Shown here in pieces: positions 61,358 through 64,000 of a stretch of DNA of 64,000 bases (position 1 is the first letter of the stretch; each line of letters starts with the position of its first letter). The position numbers and the translations under genes are program-made. This DNA comes from Carcharhinus amblyrhynchos (Eukaryota): NCBI GenBank assembly GCA_965287045.1, contig OZ336873.1, positions 45,570,001 through 45,634,000 of the forward strand, in the 5' to 3' direction. The notes under the pieces were generated by a model. The model was not told the origin of the DNA, ran no database searches, and worked only from the letters and a program-made list of their open reading frames with translations.

Positions 61358-61880
61358 CAGTGAAGTATAATAGAGAATTAAATAAAAAAGTAAAGTGTTT
61401 AAATAATTCCAAGATAGAAAAAGGTTAGCATCCTACAACAACACTATAAAGTTACAAGGGCAAGAAACAGATCTCTGACATGATAACGCATGTTTTATGC
61501 CACCACCCAAGCTGAATTTCTATCCCAATAAAAATTAATGCTGGTGCTTTCAAAATATCCAAAGAAGGAGCAAAAAAAAACTTATTAAATGGAAATTAAA
61601 GTCCACCCCTACGGGTGAGGCCCCATTTTTTTTTTAAATAGAGATGGATCTGTAACGGTGTCTACTTCTCGCCATCAGCAGTGGTGACATCAAGCTGTCA
61701 CATCAATACAGTATTCTAAATTTTTTGAAAGTGGATCAAAAAGTAGGAATCGTAATCTAATAGCTGTCTTGATGGAAATTAAGACAAAAATCCAACAATA
61801 GCCACCATCAGGTTCAACAGCATTCCAATGCCACAGAAAATACAGCACGGTAAGAGCAGCGACTAAGATTAATGACTCAC

Positions 61881-61920
61881 CTGTGGGTCATCTGACACAA
61901 CTTAGAGTCATGATGTTTTC
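61881..61920 (-). other. Candidate 40-nt host exon
   Basis: tgttcttctgtctcAG|GAAA acceptor and perfect CAG|GTGAGT donor; one open frame (KHHDSKLCQMTH). Confidence 0.4.
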
Positions 61921-62236
61921 CTGAGACAGAAGAACATTTCTAATTAAAAAAGATTAATCTGGTTATTTAATGTCACGATGGCAAAGACAAATGAAAGCGG
62001 CCAGACAGACAGAAAACTGAGAAAAACTATAGCTGTACACCTTAGAAGTATGTCGAGCACCTTGAATCCTTTCTCCAGCAGAATAGATACAATGCCGATG
62101 ACCCTTTCAGTCATGTCAGCATAAAGTTTGTGCCTCAAATTTATTGTAATGTTATGTGAGAAGGTAATTACCAATATCATCAAAACAGTAATGCTACAGT
62201 TGTGTACCAACTCCACAGCATTGAATCAATGTTAAG

Positions 62237-62534
62237 GGTGGCACAGTGGTTAGCACTGCTGCCTCACAGCTGCCAGGGATCCAGGTTTGATTCCCAGCTT
62301 GCGTCACTGTCTGTACGGAGTCTGCACATTCTCCCAGTGTTCTCATGGGTTTCTTCCGGGTGCTCCGGTTTCCTCCCACAATCTGAAAGACATGCTGGTT
62401 AGGTGCATTGGCCATGCTAAATTCTCCCTCAGTGTACCCCAACAGGCACCGCAGTGTGGCGACTAGGGGATTTTCACTGGAACTTCATTGCAGTGTTAAT
62501 GTAAGCCTGCTTGTGACAGTAATAAGTAAACTTT
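62237..62534 (+). mobile_element. V-SINE tail type 2, full length
   Basis: ggtggcacagtggttagcactgctgcctcacag...aacttcattgcagtgttaatgtaagcc. Confidence 0.9.
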
Positions 62535-62599
62535 AAAAATAGAACCTATGGGTCATGAGACAAAACACAAAATTAGGATTCTACCTTCCATAATTATAT

Positions 62600-62910
62600 G
62601 GTCCTTCAAATTTTTGCTTCCCCTAGTCTACTTTTTGCACCAGTTCCAGTTATCATCAGTGTGCTGGCTGATCTATACGGTCAGAGCGTCTTTGGTTTTA
62701 AAATTCTCAAATTCTTTCATAACCTGGTCCCTCCCTATTTCTGCAAACTCCTCCAGGATTCCAAACCCTCCAACATATGTCTTTAGCTAATTCTTGCTAT
62801 CTCCAATTTGAATTGCTCCACCATTAGCCAGGCCTTCAACATTGATTGTGAAGTGCTTTGGGGCCTCCTGAAGACAATAGCTGCATTATAAATACATTCA
62901 AGTTCTATTT
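62600..62910 (+). mobile_element. Old L2 3' fragment
   Basis: gtgctggctgatctatac...ttttaaaattctc...gtgaagtgctttggg...tataaatac. Confidence 0.5.
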
Positions 62911-64000
62911 TTCTTCATTTTTCCTTTGCTTCTTACTTTCTGCCAGCATGTGTCACACTATTTATTATTAGGTGCACCAACTTAGCCAAAAAAGGTACTA
63001 TCCAGAGTCATTGGCATTCTTACATTTTGAAAGGAATCCCTTTCAATGGTTCCACAAATTTATTCAGAGCATTCAGTGTACAAAATGGGAAACGGGTGTT
63101 GGAACTGAAATATGTCTTGATTCAAAAAAGATTCCATTTCCAAGGTTAAAATAAACAAGTAAAATTAAACCCAAATATACTAGTTTACAGTACTATCATG
63201 GAACAATAATAATATCTGTACAAAGTCACAAAAGCCATTTGCTGAATTGTGTCTTAGGAGTAATGAATGTAAACTCAAATTAGATTGCTAATAGGTCATA
63301 AAAATCATTTGCCAGTTACCATCCCCAGTTCAGAATTACAAATACTGAGTTTGAGTTGATATGCTGCAGATTCAGTTGCTCCTATCACACAAGCAAAATG
63401 TTGCAAAAATTACAATGAACAAATGCAGATTGAGCACTACCTCTCCATTTGTAAGTTTAAAAAAGTTATTGTGCACATATTTGTATAGCTGTGTTTTGTT
63501 GCAGCATTATTGATTGTAATCATTATGACACTTCTTTTAGATTAAAAGAAGAGTGCTAAGTCAGTTCAAGAGAAAAGATTATCTCGACACTAAAAATACA
63601 TACAGCAACATCACTGTACAGTGTAGGTTCTGAAGTATCCAGAACAATTTTGTGTTTCATGGCACATCCTTCTCTCTTTTTCCCCCATCCACGTAAGCCT
63701 TCAAACTTATAGGACTGTAAAAGAGGTTGTTGCAGTGCATTACTTATCATATACAACAACAGTTTACATTTATACAGCATCTCTCTCATACAGGCACTTG
63801 AGGAAAGTCGTGAAACAAAATTAGACACAGAGCCACGTGAGGCAATATTAGATCAAAGAAAACTCAGCTAGGAAAATAAAGATCAACTTTCCTGTTTGTA
63901 GCTATTTTTAAATGCAATGCAAAAAACATACAACACAGTGGTCATTATTCTCTAATAAATGTCTTCCCCACGGTATAATGGTTTGGGGGGGGGGGGCAGC

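Overview
Repeat-dense vertebrate genomic DNA, most likely from a shark (elasmobranch), judged from HER1-like CR1 LINEs, HE1/V-SINEs and SacSINE1-like DeuSINEs. It contains no recognisable complete host gene; at most a few small minus-strand exon candidates suggest it lies inside a large gene. Nearly every long ORF is retroelement- or transposon-derived. Main contents: six very young CR1 copies in three subfamilies; a near full-length old CR1 hosting three nested insertions; L2, Rex1, RTE and Tx1/L1-type LINE fragments; two Tigger/pogo DNA transposons; two probable solo LTRs; several SINE families. Most interesting signals: (i) two families of Penelope-type palindromic insertions with minimal hammerhead-ribozyme motifs (intact-looking pair at 30090-30188); (ii) a CR1 whose 3' UTR carries a structured GC-rich segment plus a whole V-SINE (36157-36840); (iii) a twin-priming 5' inversion in a Tx1-like LINE with a 12-bp TSD. 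Family names come from recalled consensus features, not database searches; boundaries of old elements are approximate.
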